DNA from: Candidatus Poribacteria bacterium
Lineage (GTDB): Bacteria; Poribacteria; WGA-4E; UBA9662
Direction of reading: 5' to 3'
Assembly (NCBI GenBank): GCA_036339735.1
Contig: JAYZAL010000104.1
Coordinates: forward strand, 70,833-134,832
DNA length: 64,000 nucleotides
Of the stretch, positions 10,424-21,145 are shown piece after piece (the stretch's first letter is position 1; each line of letters begins with the position of its first letter). Made by a program: the position numbers and the translations under genes. Below the pieces are notes generated by a model. It saw only the letters and a program-made list of their open reading frames with translations, did not search any database and was not told the origin of the DNA.

Positions 10424-11084
10424 ATTCTCCTTTGGGTTTTTTAGTTTGATCAAACTTATCGATGGCTTTCTGTAAGTCTCCACGGAATATCTCTTCGAAT
10501 TTTTTGGTTAATTCACGCGCAAGGCAAATTCTCCGATTACCTAAAATCTCAAATGCATCTCGCAAAAATTTTACTATTCGATGAGGTGATTCATAAAAGA
10601 TTAATGTTCGCTCCTCGTGGACTAGTTCAGTAAGCCTGCGGCGCCTTCGCCCCGCTTTAGGCGATAGAAATCCCTCAAAAACAAAATTATGCAAAGGAAG
10701 GCCTGCGACCGAAGCAGCGACAATACAAGCTGAAACGCCTGGAATAGGAACAATGGGAACATTAGCTGCTAAAGCGGAAACAACCAATCGGTACCCAGGG
10801 TCTGAAATTGTCGGGGTTCCCGCATCTGATACTAAAGCCAATGATTGTCCTCCCCGTAAGTGATCAACAAGCCTACTTGACTTAGCGCTTTCATTATCTC
10901 TGTAGAAACTAGTCAACGGGGTCGTTATCTGGTAGTGATTCAATAGACGTTTAGTATATCTTGTATCTTCTGCTGCAATAAGTTCTACCTCAGATAAGAT
11001 GCGCACCGCACGAAAAGTAATGTCCTCCAAATTACCAATTGGAGTGCTAACAATGTAGAGGGTTCCCATCTGTACATGAGACAT
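10380..11084 (-). CDS. rsmI: 16S rRNA (cytidine1402-2'-O)-methyltransferase
   Basis: LYIVSTPIGNLEDIT, AAEDTR, LVSDAGTPTISDPG, YESPHR, ARELTKKFEE; start moved to ATG 11084. Confidence 0.95.
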   Translation of the reverse strand: MSHVQMGTLYIVSTPIGNLEDITFRAVRILSEVELIAAEDTRYTKRLLNHYQITTPLTSFYRDNESAKSSRLVDHLRGGQSLALVSDAGTPTISDPGYRLVVSALAANVPIVPIPGVSACIVAASVAGLPLHNFVFEGFLSPKAGRRRRRLTELVHEERTLIFYESPHRIVKFLRDAFEILGNRRICLARELTKKFEEIFRGDLQKAIDKFDQTKKPKGEFTLVIEGATGGANS

Positions 11085-11313
11085 AAAATTTTCTCTAAAA
11101 GTCAAAACGTTTGTATCGTCAATCTCGGGAAAAGATCGAGACGATGATAAAAAACAAGCTGGGAAGCAGCCTACCATAGCTAATTCTAATCTGTCAATCA
11201 GCACCACTTAGTCAGTTCAGTCTAACCATGCTATAATCTTACTGAGTAATATCAGCATAAATTTTTCAGGTAAAACACTGGCAATTATAAAGAATTTCCA
11301 AATAACTAAGAAT

Positions 11314-12102
11314 TTGGTTTATAAACGGACCACCTCCTTATCGCTAGAGCTTGACTTATATTGGATTAAACCACCAGACACTAATCCTAAAGGACAATCA
11401 ACCCCCTTAGTCATCTGGATTCATGGCGGTGGTTGGCGAGGAGGTTATCGACAAGATTGCCGTCATGCACTCAGTTTAATTGAGATTGGTTTCGCCGTAG
11501 CAAGTGTTAGCTATCGATTGAGTCATCAAGCTACTTTCCCTGCCCAAATCGAAGATTGTCGCGCTGCAGTCCGCTGGCTGAGAGCTCATGGCGACTACTA
11601 TAATCTCGATACTAGTCGGTTTGGTACTTGGGGTGTATCAGCTGGCGGGCACCTTGCAGCTTTACTTGGTACAACTAGTGGCCAAGACCGTTGGCAAGTT
11701 GGTGAGCATCGAGATCAGAGTAGTGATGTGCAAGCTGTTTGTGACTGGTTTGGTCCAACCGATTTTTTTCGTATGAATGATATTACAGGTGCCATTGATC
11801 ACGAATCGGCCGATTCACCTGAATCTATGCTGATTGGTGGCCCTATTCGTAATCACCGAACACAAGTAATTGCCGCTAATCCAATTACTTATATTAGCAA
11901 TACAACTCCACCATTTTTGATCATGCACGGACAAGATGACAGAATTGTTCTGCCTAACCAAAGTGAGTTGCTACATAAGGCATTGAAACGAGCTGGCGTC
12001 AATTCAGAGCTGATTTTACTGAGTAATTTCGGTCATGAATTTAGCTCTGAACAAACTGAAGTTGTTAAAAACTTCTTTAATGAGCATCTAGGGAAAGGTT
12101 AA
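11314..12102 (+). CDS. Alpha/beta hydrolase (HSL/BD-FAE-like esterase)
   Basis: IHGGGW, FPAQIEDC, GVSAGG nucleophile, HGQDD, GH; exact start uncertain. Confidence 0.9.
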   Translation: MVYKRTTSLSLELDLYWIKPPDTNPKGQSTPLVIWIHGGGWRGGYRQDCRHALSLIEIGFAVASVSYRLSHQATFPAQIEDCRAAVRWLRAHGDYYNLDTSRFGTWGVSAGGHLAALLGTTSGQDRWQVGEHRDQSSDVQAVCDWFGPTDFFRMNDITGAIDHESADSPESMLIGGPIRNHRTQVIAANPITYISNTTPPFLIMHGQDDRIVLPNQSELLHKALKRAGVNSELILLSNFGHEFSSEQTEVVKNFFNEHLGKG

Positions 12103-12106
12103 TAAG

Positions 12107-13102
12107 ATGAAAACAAAATTCAAAGTAGCAATCGTTGGGTGTGGAGGAATTTCGAAGGTGCATGCTAATGCTTGGCGTGATTCCGATCAAATTGACTTGG
12201 TTGCTGCTTGCGATGATGATGTCCAAGCACTAAAAAGCTTTGTCGATCAGTTTGAAGTGCCTAACAGCTATCTAGACCTGAGAACTTTGTTAGAAAATCA
12301 AAAACTAGATGTCTTAGTAATTACTACTTGGCCGTCATCTCATCTCAAAAATGTGTTGGAAGCTGTAAGAGCAAGGGTCAAAAGAGTTTTGTGTGAAAAA
12401 CCTTTAGCAATCAATACTAAGCAAGTTGAGCAGATGATCCAGGTAGCAAGAAAACCGCAAACCAACAACACTCCGGTGTTGTTGACGGAAGCTTTTATGT
12501 ATCGGCACCATCCTCTAACTCAAGAGGTCAGATCAAAAATCCGTGATGGTACGATTGGAGAATTAAGGTCAATTAACCTTGTGTTCAATACTGGACTTAC
12601 TGATCAAACCAATTGGCGATTACGGGGCGATCTTGGTGGTGGTACAATGATGGATTTAGGCTGCTATTGTATCGATCTAATTAACTATCTAATTGATCAA
12701 TCACCGCAGTCGGTTTATGCGACTGGGAATTATTCATACGGTACTAATGCTTGGGAAACGATGTATGCTATTATTCGCTACAATGATCGTCTCGTTGCAC
12801 AGATAGATACTGGATTTGGCATGTGCTGGCGAGAGTATTATGAAATAGTTGGCAGTGAAGGAGTAATCAGGGTGAACCCCGCTTGGGGGAATAATGTCGG
12901 TGAATGTCAATTTTGGCTTAATGATCAACCTATAGTTGTTGAAGGATTGAACCCTTATCTAGCTGAAATACTTAATCTCTGTTACGCAGAAAGTCAGTCT
13001 GATTTAATAATGCCACTCACGGATTCTTTGCGCAATATGAAATTGATTGATGCGATTCATGAATCCGCTCATGCGGGGCAGGCAGTTCAATTCATTGATT
13101 AA
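12107..13102 (+). CDS. Gfo/Idh/MocA family oxidoreductase
   Basis: VGCGGIS, LCEKP, EAFMYRHHP, GGGTMMDLGCY. Confidence 0.92.
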   Translation: MKTKFKVAIVGCGGISKVHANAWRDSDQIDLVAACDDDVQALKSFVDQFEVPNSYLDLRTLLENQKLDVLVITTWPSSHLKNVLEAVRARVKRVLCEKPLAINTKQVEQMIQVARKPQTNNTPVLLTEAFMYRHHPLTQEVRSKIRDGTIGELRSINLVFNTGLTDQTNWRLRGDLGGGTMMDLGCYCIDLINYLIDQSPQSVYATGNYSYGTNAWETMYAIIRYNDRLVAQIDTGFGMCWREYYEIVGSEGVIRVNPAWGNNVGECQFWLNDQPIVVEGLNPYLAEILNLCYAESQSDLIMPLTDSLRNMKLIDAIHESAHAGQAVQFID

Positions 13103-13330
13103 TTTAGAGCATGCCACTATCAATATAAGCCTAATTTAGAAACTACTTCTTTTTGACTCAGTCTATGGTCGCAATTGATTTTTCTCGTTTTTAGGTTAAT
13201 ATAATCTTAACTTCTTAAGTGAATTGCTTAACTAAAAGTCTGTAGATGTATTACTCTTTTCACCTTAAGAATTCGAGTAAACCGATAGGTTTTCTTAGGC
13301 TCGACCATATAAAAATAGGATCAATAGCAT

Positions 13331-14419
13331 ATGAATAAGAAAAGTGGACCAATTTCTCACCGAATCATGATTTACTTCTTTTCTGCTGTTTTAACATTAT
13401 TACTGATTTGGGCAATAGACTATCTTTTGTCAGATATTGGAAATATCCCCGGACCTAGTAGGAAAACAATTGAGATGCGTTTTGTGGGAAATGACCTGAC
13501 GGAAGAACAGAAAAGTTTAAATAGTGAAAAAAAGAAAATTACTACCCAAATCAAAAACGAAACTGAGAATCAAAAAATATTGGAAATCAGTATGAGTGGT
13601 TCAAAAGACACAATGAATCAGCTGCTTGATCTTCATCGTTTGGCCTTGGAAAAAAACGTTCGACCTACCCTTGACCAGCAAAATGCATTGGCTGAAAGCC
13701 AAACACTTTACCTATCGAACCAGAAAGAGTTTCAAAAGGCTAATGCTCAGATTTCCAATTTAACTAAGCAGCAACAAGATTTAGAGCAACAAATTAATCT
13801 TATAAATCAAAGAGTTACCGAACGTCTAACTCAATCTAAAGCTGAATTCAATAATCTATTACAAGCTCACCGATGGAAAATGGCTGGCCTAAAGCTACTG
13901 GTTATTCTCCCACTTTTAGCAGGCTCAACTTGGCTAGTAATAAAGAAAAGGAAGAGTGACTTTTCACCACTCATTTTTTCATTTTTGATCGCGACTTTTT
14001 TCGAAACGGGAACTGTAATGCATCAATACTTTCCAGCTAAATTTTTTCGATACATCGTTATTGGTGTTGCAATCACTGCAACCTTAATAATTCTCAGACA
14101 TCTGATACGATTGGCTATTTCACCACAAATGGATTGGCTATTAAAACAATATCGAGAAGCCTATAAAAGATGGCGATGCCCGACATGCAACTTTCCTATC
14201 CGTCGGGGTATACGAAAGGAAATTGATTGGGGGTCATCTAACTTACGTGGTGCAATTCCAATTCAATCGGAATCTATTGATAAGGAGGAGCAACCGTATG
14301 CTTGTCCGTCTTGTGGACAGCATTTATACGAGGTATGCCTAGAATGTGAACAAATGCGACATACTTTACTTCCGTTCTGCCAGACTTGCAGTCACCAAAA
14401 AGAAATAAGAGTTAGTTAA
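13331..14419 (+). CDS. Membrane protein with coiled coil and C-terminal Cys-rich zinc ribbons
   Basis: N-terminal TM, Q/E/K-rich heptads, 3 further TMs, CPTC/CPSC/CLEC/CQTC. Confidence 0.75.
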   Translation: MNKKSGPISHRIMIYFFSAVLTLLLIWAIDYLLSDIGNIPGPSRKTIEMRFVGNDLTEEQKSLNSEKKKITTQIKNETENQKILEISMSGSKDTMNQLLDLHRLALEKNVRPTLDQQNALAESQTLYLSNQKEFQKANAQISNLTKQQQDLEQQINLINQRVTERLTQSKAEFNNLLQAHRWKMAGLKLLVILPLLAGSTWLVIKKRKSDFSPLIFSFLIATFFETGTVMHQYFPAKFFRYIVIGVAITATLIILRHLIRLAISPQMDWLLKQYREAYKRWRCPTCNFPIRRGIRKEIDWGSSNLRGAIPIQSESIDKEEQPYACPSCGQHLYEVCLECEQMRHTLLPFCQTCSHQKEIRVS

Positions 14420-14424
14420 TCCAG

Positions 14425-15411
14425 ATGAAACATTTAGCTAAATATATATTGCAATTTACCATTCTCGTTTGCTCAGTGTTGTTGGGAGTTTTTTATCCCC
14501 AATCGGCTCATGCTGAGCTTAAAAAAGTCCACTTTCTAATTCCTGGTGGGGCCGGTGGTGGTTGGGATAGTACTGCTCGTGGAGTAGGCCAAGCTCTAAC
14601 CAATTCTAAACTAGTTAAACGAGCGTCTTACCAAAACATGTCAGGTGGTGGAGGTGGAAGAGCAATCGCGAATTTGATAAATACTGCTAGACGACACCAA
14701 AACACACTGATGATTAATTCGACGCCACTTATCATCCGTTCACTACAAAAAATCTTCACATACACCTTTCAGGACCTAACACCAATTGCAGCTGTGATCT
14801 CTGACTATGGAGTGCTTGCAGTGAGTATAAACTCGAAACTAACAAGTTGGTCGGATGCCTTAGATCAGTTCCACAAAGATCCTACTCAATTAGCCATCGG
14901 TGGTGGTTCCGGTAGAGGGAGTTTGGACCATCTAGTAGTAGCACAAATTTTTCAAGTAGCAGGCGCTGACCCAAAAGAAATTCGTTATATTCCCTACGAC
15001 GCCGGTGGAAAAGCTATGGCAGGACTTCTTTCAGGGGAGACTCAAATTTTGTCAACTGGTCTCGGTGAAGCTTTAGAACAACACAGAGCTGGACAGATTC
15101 GCATTTTAGCGATTACTTCCGAGAAACGGTCACTAGCTATCCCCAATGTGCCCACTTTTACGGAATTGGGCTGTCCCGCTGTTTTCCTTAATTGGCGAGG
15201 GTTTTTCGGTCCGCCGAATCTGTCTGAAAAAAAAGTTAACATGTATAATCAAATCTTAGAAAAAATGTTCAAAACAGCTGAATGGGAATCCATCAGAAAA
15301 AGAAACGGTTGGCAGAATCAACACATTGCTGGACAGAAATTCCAAGAGTTTCTAAAACAACAAGAGATACAAGTCACCCAGTTAATGAAAAGTCTTGATT
15401 TCTTGAAATAA
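14425..15411 (+). CDS. tctC: Tripartite tricarboxylate transporter substrate-binding protein
   Basis: Signal peptide (AHA), PGGAGGGWDSTAR, NWRGFFGPP. Confidence 0.92.
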   Translation: MKHLAKYILQFTILVCSVLLGVFYPQSAHAELKKVHFLIPGGAGGGWDSTARGVGQALTNSKLVKRASYQNMSGGGGGRAIANLINTARRHQNTLMINSTPLIIRSLQKIFTYTFQDLTPIAAVISDYGVLAVSINSKLTSWSDALDQFHKDPTQLAIGGGSGRGSLDHLVVAQIFQVAGADPKEIRYIPYDAGGKAMAGLLSGETQILSTGLGEALEQHRAGQIRILAITSEKRSLAIPNVPTFTELGCPAVFLNWRGFFGPPNLSEKKVNMYNQILEKMFKTAEWESIRKRNGWQNQHIAGQKFQEFLKQQEIQVTQLMKSLDFLK

Positions 15412-15425
15412 ATTAACGCATTCGC

Positions 15426-15908
15426 TTGATTTGTTTGATGTCCCAAAACAAAATTGGTGCTTTAATATTTCTAGCGTTATCCATTTTCTACGGTTACCTT
15501 GCTTCCCAGATACCGGTTGCTACAGGCTTGGAAGGTCCAGTAAAACCTGCAACCTTACCACTTTTTCTGAGCGCTTCTGGTGTCGTAGTTAGTATTCTTC
15601 TCCTTCTACTCCCATCTGAAAAAGTGCGAGCTGACTTAGTATTAGACCGAAATAATCTGTTTCGTGCAGTAGGGCTACTAGTATCAATGGTCATCTACGG
15701 TTTAACTATTAGTAGTTTAGGCTTTTTGGGGGCCACGATTCTATTTTTAATAACTGGTTTTTGGGTGATGGGTATACGTCAACAAAAGGTTCTTTTTTTG
15801 CTGCCTGTCATCGTTGCAACCTTCTTTTGGTTCGTTTTGACAAAAATACTTGGTATATATCTTGATACCGGTTGGGTCAGTTGGCTACTGAGTAAATTTA
15901 TCGATTAA
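15426..15908 (+). CDS. tctB: Tripartite tricarboxylate transporter small membrane subunit
   Basis: 4-5 TM protein between tctC and tctA; start may be ATG 15438. Confidence 0.85.
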   Translation: MICLMSQNKIGALIFLALSIFYGYLASQIPVATGLEGPVKPATLPLFLSASGVVVSILLLLLPSEKVRADLVLDRNNLFRAVGLLVSMVIYGLTISSLGFLGATILFLITGFWVMGIRQQKVLFLLPVIVATFFWFVLTKILGIYLDTGWVSWLLSKFID

Positions 15909-15912
15909 TCTA

Positions 15913-17418
15913 ATGTTAGAAGGCATTTTGACCGGATTTTCCACAGCGTTCTCGGCGACCAATATTTTCATGGTTTGTGTCGGTGTCTTGGCGGGCACAC
16001 TAATTGGTATGCTACCAGGGCTTGGTCCAATATCGGCAATAGCTTTGATGATTCCAATTACGTACAGTTTCGATTCATCTTCAGGTCTAATTCTAATGGC
16101 TGGTGTTTACTATGGTGCCGTTTTCGGTGGCTCGACTTCCTCAATTTTAGTCAATGCTCCCGGAGTAGCAGGAACTGTCGCGACAACCTTTGATGGTTAT
16201 CCGCTTGCCAGAAGAGGGCAGGCGGGAAAAGCTCTTGCCGTAGCTGCTTACGCATCGTTTTCAGGTGGTACCGTCGGTGCAATTTTTTTATTACTAGGTG
16301 CCCCCTCCCTTGCTGTAATATCGATCAGTTTCCAATCAGCCGATTATTTTGCTTTGATGTTAATGGGATTATTAGCGGTTTCAGCCTTCACACCTAAAGG
16401 TCAGTTCCTCAAATCCATTCTTATGACTATCTTTGGGTTAATGCTTTCAACTGTTGGTACTGACAACGTCACTGGCATTCAGCGATTTACCTTTGGACAA
16501 CTAAACTTGGTTGATGGAATTAGTTTTTTATTGTTGGCTATGGCAACTTTTGCTTTATCAGAGGCTTTGATGATGGTCTTAAACCACAAGATAACAACAG
16601 TTTCAAATAAGACCACTCTCAAACCGGAACAATTGAAACTATCTACAGCCGAGTTAAAAGCAATTGGCCCAACTATTGGTAGATCATCAGTATTGGGTTT
16701 TTTGGTGGGGGTCCTTCCAGGTGCTGGGGCCACTATTGCCTCTTTTTTAGCCTACGGTATGGAACAAGCTATAGACTCAGGTAGTAATTCGTCGGTGGAA
16801 TTCGGAAAAGGTAATCTGAAGGGGTTAGCAGCTCCTGAAACTGCTAATAATGCTGCTTCTACTGGTTCTTTCGTCCCACTACTAACTCTTGGTATTCCCG
16901 GTTCCGGAACGACAGCAATAATGCTTGGGGCTTTGATCTCTTATGGAATACAACCTGGACCGCAGTTATATGCTGAGAATCCAGAAATTTTTTGGTCTGT
17001 CATTATTTCTATGTATTTGGGCAATGTAGTCTTACTGATTCTCAATCTACCTTTGATTCCTTACATCGCTCGGTTAATCTCTATCCCTAGACAATTCTTA
17101 ATTCCCCTAATTTTGTTCTTTTCGTTGATCGGTGTTTACTTAGTTTCTTTTAATACTTTTGATTTATATTTAATGGTTGGGTTTGCGATATTAGCCGTTT
17201 TTTTTCGTTTTTTGAATTATCCTCTAGCTCCAGTTTTATTGGGTTTTGTATTGGGTGATCTGTTAGAGGATAATTTGCGTCGGGCATTATTAATTAACGA
17301 TGGCCAGCTATCTTTTTTATGGAATAGACCAATTACTAGAACCATTTTAATCTTTACATTCTTGTTGCTGCTGCTTCCTTTAGGCCGACAATTAATCCGA
17401 CATAATAGAGGTAATTAA
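15913..17418 (+). CDS. tctA: Tripartite tricarboxylate transporter large permease
   Basis: GMLPGLG, YYGAVFGGS, TFDGYPLA, APETANNAA, PLLTLGIPGS. Confidence 0.95.
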   Translation: MLEGILTGFSTAFSATNIFMVCVGVLAGTLIGMLPGLGPISAIALMIPITYSFDSSSGLILMAGVYYGAVFGGSTSSILVNAPGVAGTVATTFDGYPLARRGQAGKALAVAAYASFSGGTVGAIFLLLGAPSLAVISISFQSADYFALMLMGLLAVSAFTPKGQFLKSILMTIFGLMLSTVGTDNVTGIQRFTFGQLNLVDGISFLLLAMATFALSEALMMVLNHKITTVSNKTTLKPEQLKLSTAELKAIGPTIGRSSVLGFLVGVLPGAGATIASFLAYGMEQAIDSGSNSSVEFGKGNLKGLAAPETANNAASTGSFVPLLTLGIPGSGTTAIMLGALISYGIQPGPQLYAENPEIFWSVIISMYLGNVVLLILNLPLIPYIARLISIPRQFLIPLILFFSLIGVYLVSFNTFDLYLMVGFAILAVFFRFLNYPLAPVLLGFVLGDLLEDNLRRALLINDGQLSFLWNRPITRTILIFTFLLLLLPLGRQLIRHNRGN

Positions 17419-18117
17419 CAATATAGATTTTCACCACCGGACCTAATATTTACTCCTCACAATTTGGTAACCAATATCATCATCTACCAGAAGTTTATAA
17501 GAACAATTTAGAACTTAACTTATATGAAGTCCGATTTACTTGCTCTTTATGTCATATCGGCTATTTGGTCAGATAATATGACTTTTTGCCCTAGAATCAG
17601 CTCATCAGGGTATATACAAGCTATTCTTGGTTCTTGATAACTTTGCTATTACAAAGGGCTGTGTGAATCACGGCTTTGATATTGTCTTACTTGTTGTACT
17701 CCCCAGCGATAGTTATATTTTTCAATCAAAACGCAAGCAAAATCATCAGGAATAAAAATTACTTCGCAAATATCTCTAATTTTATCCGTAATGATTCAAC
17801 CACTTGCGCGCCAAATCTAGGACGGAAACACCTCTGGCACCCATTACCTCTCAGATTATAGAATATTTGGAACAAGGATTAGTTTCAGTATCATCTGTCG
17901 TTATTGATTAATCTGGGCTAAGGTCTACTTTCTATGTTTTTTGAATACGTTATTCAACGTTTTTAGTAGGATTGCACGCAAAACTCTTTTGTTTTCAGCC
18001 CAGTTCTTGGTACATCCTGATTTGTTGTGATAGAAATAATCCATCAATTGATACAAATATAGCAACAAGGGTTAAGGAAACATCATCCTTTACCGGCTAG
18101 TTCAGACTGTTCATCAG

Positions 18118-20055
18118 TTAAAATAGAAACTTGTATGTTGGAACTTCTAAGAAAGCACCACGTATCATCCACAAACTACCGATGATGAATTCTCCCAAAA
18201 TAACACCAATGAAGAATGGAATTGCTCGCTGATGGAATTTCATACCACCTAACTTTAGTGTAATTGATTTTATACACCAACTGATAAAGATCGAAAACCA
18301 AAATAAATTGATGGACCAACTACTTGAAACTGCGTAACCTGCAGGATGAAAAGGCCACCAAAACAAGTTCATTCGCAAAACAGCTAGTAGAAGTGTAAAG
18401 GAAAATCCGAATACTATTCCGACACATGCACCATAATCGATAGAAGAAGGCGCAGTAAGCCATCTTTGAAGTTGACCAAAGGATTCTGTAACTCTTCCAC
18501 TACCGAAAGCCCCAAATTGATAGGAAGCGTCTAGAGCTGCCCAAAAAGAGGTCAAACTGCCAACAATAATGGAAATTAAAATAGCCAGGAATAATCTGTT
18601 TAGTTGCATTCGACTACGTTCTGCTAGCTTAAATCCTTCCAGTTGGTGTGGCATTATATGCCCTCGGTACGCGCGATTAAAGAATTGATAAAATGAAAAC
18701 ATTGCCAAATTACCAGGCGAAAACGTACGAGAGCCAATAGTGTTAACCATCGTGTAATGTGTTCCAGCCCAATGCAGATCGTGAACAGGTGAACCCAATT
18801 CAGCTCTCATACGAGTAATACCAATTGATAAAGCAAAGTAAATCGTGAAAAAAAGAGCAGCAGCCCATAATGACATCCCAGCAAGAACAGAAAAAGCAAT
18901 CAACAAAATGTACCCGAGACAAGCTCCAGCAAACGCCCATACTTCTACACTTTTTGTTGCACTAATATTATTCTTTTTTTTCGCTAGTACTGGTGAGAAG
19001 ATTTGTTTCAAATGCCGTCGTGTTGACCAGAATGCTAATAGACATAGACCAGTATAGGAGCCAAAGGTTTGAGCCTCGATATAGGGAAAATTTGGTAAAT
19101 TTCGTAACCCTAGGAAACTACCTATAATAAGTTGTGCTTTCCAAAATAGATAAAAAAACCAACAGGCAAAAGAAAGCTCTAAGGGCATAAAAAAAGCCAA
19201 ACCAACTGCATAGGGAAATATTGGAATCGGTGTCCAACCAATGGCATTCCAAGGTGAAGTGGTAAAAAATGGATGTAAATCGTAGAGCTGACCTCCAAAG
19301 CTTGGGACCGAAGGATAAAGAAAGTGAAGTCCATTTACCAAATCAATACCACCAGATAGGATAAAGCCAGTCCACATAATCTTATTTGTTAAAAAAGTAT
19401 TTGGTTGGATGGTGAGATGTAAGGGTAACTGAATAATTGGATAGCTTAACTTTTCATGTTCAATCCACTGTTTTCGAACAACTACTGACAGACATAACAT
19501 CACAAAAGCTAGAAGCGTAATAAAACCTGACCAAAAAATTACTGACCTCAACCAAGCTAGAATATTAGATTTTAGATATATACTGGAATCGCCCTCGTGG
19601 AATCCTGCCAAAACGTCCAGATCACTCACAATCAACCATTTAGGAATATGGTGAAAGAACAACTCTCTCCACTCGTTTTCTGGGTTAGCCATCCACGTGA
19701 TCCCACCCACATAAGTAATTAATTGCTGCATCATATCTAACCCACAAATCGCGGAAGCCACCGACAACATTGTATAGATCACCAGCAGTTCCGAAGGATT
19801 AAGACCTGAGATTTGAAATACACGCTGCATCAAAACGTTCAGGACTGTAATTAAGAAGAGAAAGAAAATGACATTGAAAAACAGGGAAAGAGTGGTCGGA
19901 TAACCCGCCCCCCAGATGGCTGCACGCATCAGCCAAAGATTGTTGACCGGTATCAAAAAGACACCAATCAAAATGGGGAAATAATGGGTCCTTTTTTGGG
20001 GGTAAGATGTGTTAGTCAAAGTTTTAGATGATTGACATTTTGGGTTCAATCCCAC
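18118..20055 (-). CDS. Multi-pass membrane protein, DUF6785/DUF6784-like (putative transporter)
   Basis: ELLVIYTML, VRKQWIEHEKLSYPIIQLP, RMRAELG, WWPFHPAGY, PFFIGVILGE; about 15 TMs; start uncertain. Confidence 0.7.
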   Translation of the reverse strand: MGLNPKCQSSKTLTNTSYPQKRTHYFPILIGVFLIPVNNLWLMRAAIWGAGYPTTLSLFFNVIFFLFLITVLNVLMQRVFQISGLNPSELLVIYTMLSVASAICGLDMMQQLITYVGGITWMANPENEWRELFFHHIPKWLIVSDLDVLAGFHEGDSSIYLKSNILAWLRSVIFWSGFITLLAFVMLCLSVVVRKQWIEHEKLSYPIIQLPLHLTIQPNTFLTNKIMWTGFILSGGIDLVNGLHFLYPSVPSFGGQLYDLHPFFTTSPWNAIGWTPIPIFPYAVGLAFFMPLELSFACWFFYLFWKAQLIIGSFLGLRNLPNFPYIEAQTFGSYTGLCLLAFWSTRRHLKQIFSPVLAKKKNNISATKSVEVWAFAGACLGYILLIAFSVLAGMSLWAAALFFTIYFALSIGITRMRAELGSPVHDLHWAGTHYTMVNTIGSRTFSPGNLAMFSFYQFFNRAYRGHIMPHQLEGFKLAERSRMQLNRLFLAILISIIVGSLTSFWAALDASYQFGAFGSGRVTESFGQLQRWLTAPSSIDYGACVGIVFGFSFTLLLAVLRMNLFWWPFHPAGYAVSSSWSINLFWFSIFISWCIKSITLKLGGMKFHQRAIPFFIGVILGEFIIGSLWMIRGAFLEVPTYKFLF

Positions 20056-20346
20056 AGATTATTTTTAAGCATTTAGTAATTTTTGTTTCACAAAGGTCTC
20101 GTATTGATTTGAAACTTTCACTAACTTTTTGCTACTGAAAGTTTCATTTTTCAAGACTTATCAACATTGATTGAGCAATGGGTAATCACAGATCATGGTA
20201 TGGAAAGATGATTCTTAGCATAAGAAAAGACAAACGAAAGATCATAAAGCCTAGCACTGAATTTCAACAGAAGTAATTAATCAGTAGATTTTTTCTGATT
20301 GCCTGAGAAAAAATTATAATTGTTGATTATCATATTTTAATTGAAG

Positions 20347-20386
20347 AAAAGTAAAAGGTGAATTAAGCAAATTTAACCCACCTTTC
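20347..20386 (-). terminator. Intrinsic terminator downstream of the decayed LamG-like gene
   Basis: Minus strand AAAGGUGGGUUAA-loop-UUAAUUCACCUUU (13 bp including G-U pairs) followed by UACUUUU. Confidence 0.6.
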
Positions 20387-20413
20387 AAAAAAGAGACTAT
20401 GTAAATGTTCTGA

Positions 20414-21145
20414 CTATTTCAGATTTTTCGGGCCAGAAGTCTTGATTTTGGACCAATGAATAGCCTTATTATTGACAGCCTCTACAATCAATTTTCAAGC
20501 CCTCTATCTACACTTTAGCTTCAAGAGCACCATCAAAAATTGCTACTTCATCAATGATTCTCTGAAAAAAGTTAGTTAGAATGACGCGAGAATCGGCATC
20601 GCTAACACCTATCTTAGAATCTTCTTTCCCAAACAGTTTGATGTCTCAGATAAGTCTAAGGTTTGTACCCTAAAAAGTCTTAGCTGGTTGTTGCTACCAC
20701 TTGTCTTGATCGAGTTTTCCTGATCCTATAGCGAACCGCACACCCTCACCATTAGTCTAGCTAAGTATAACTTCTATTTTGTACCAATTGCCCCTGTTAT
20801 CTGCACTGATCAAAATAGCATTACCATATTTTGGGGAACCTGTCAGAATTTCGTCTGGCTCATTTCCCACTTTTTAACACTATTGGCGTAGAAGACTACC
20901 GTAAAACAGTTCAAATGAAAAATTGGGTGCTATCTTTGGAACTGTACCAGTTTCATCTAATGCTTCACCGAAATTTCCATCGACCGAGCTAGTCGTACGG
21001 ATTGTCTCGCCGTCGATGTTATTGCCAGATGTGTCTTTAGCATTTTCGACCAAACACCACTGATCCACCATGTTTCCTGAAACTGACATCATAAAATAAT
21101 AGAAGAAAGACAGAAACTAGTGCGTGGCTAATATGTTTTAGACAT
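20414..21145 (-). pseudogene. Decayed secreted LamG/concanavalin-like domain gene
   Basis: Fragments in different frames: MSKTY*PRTSFCLSSIIFMMSV (signal-like, internal TAG), AKDTSGNNIDG..VDGNFGEAL, FFQRIIDEVAIFDGALEA, LIVEAVNNKAIHWSKIK. Confidence 0.7.

Noticed and set aside
11085-11207. 41-aa N-terminal extension of RsmI in the ORF track
   Set aside because: Homology starts at MGTLYIVSTPIGN; the extension is likely an over-called start
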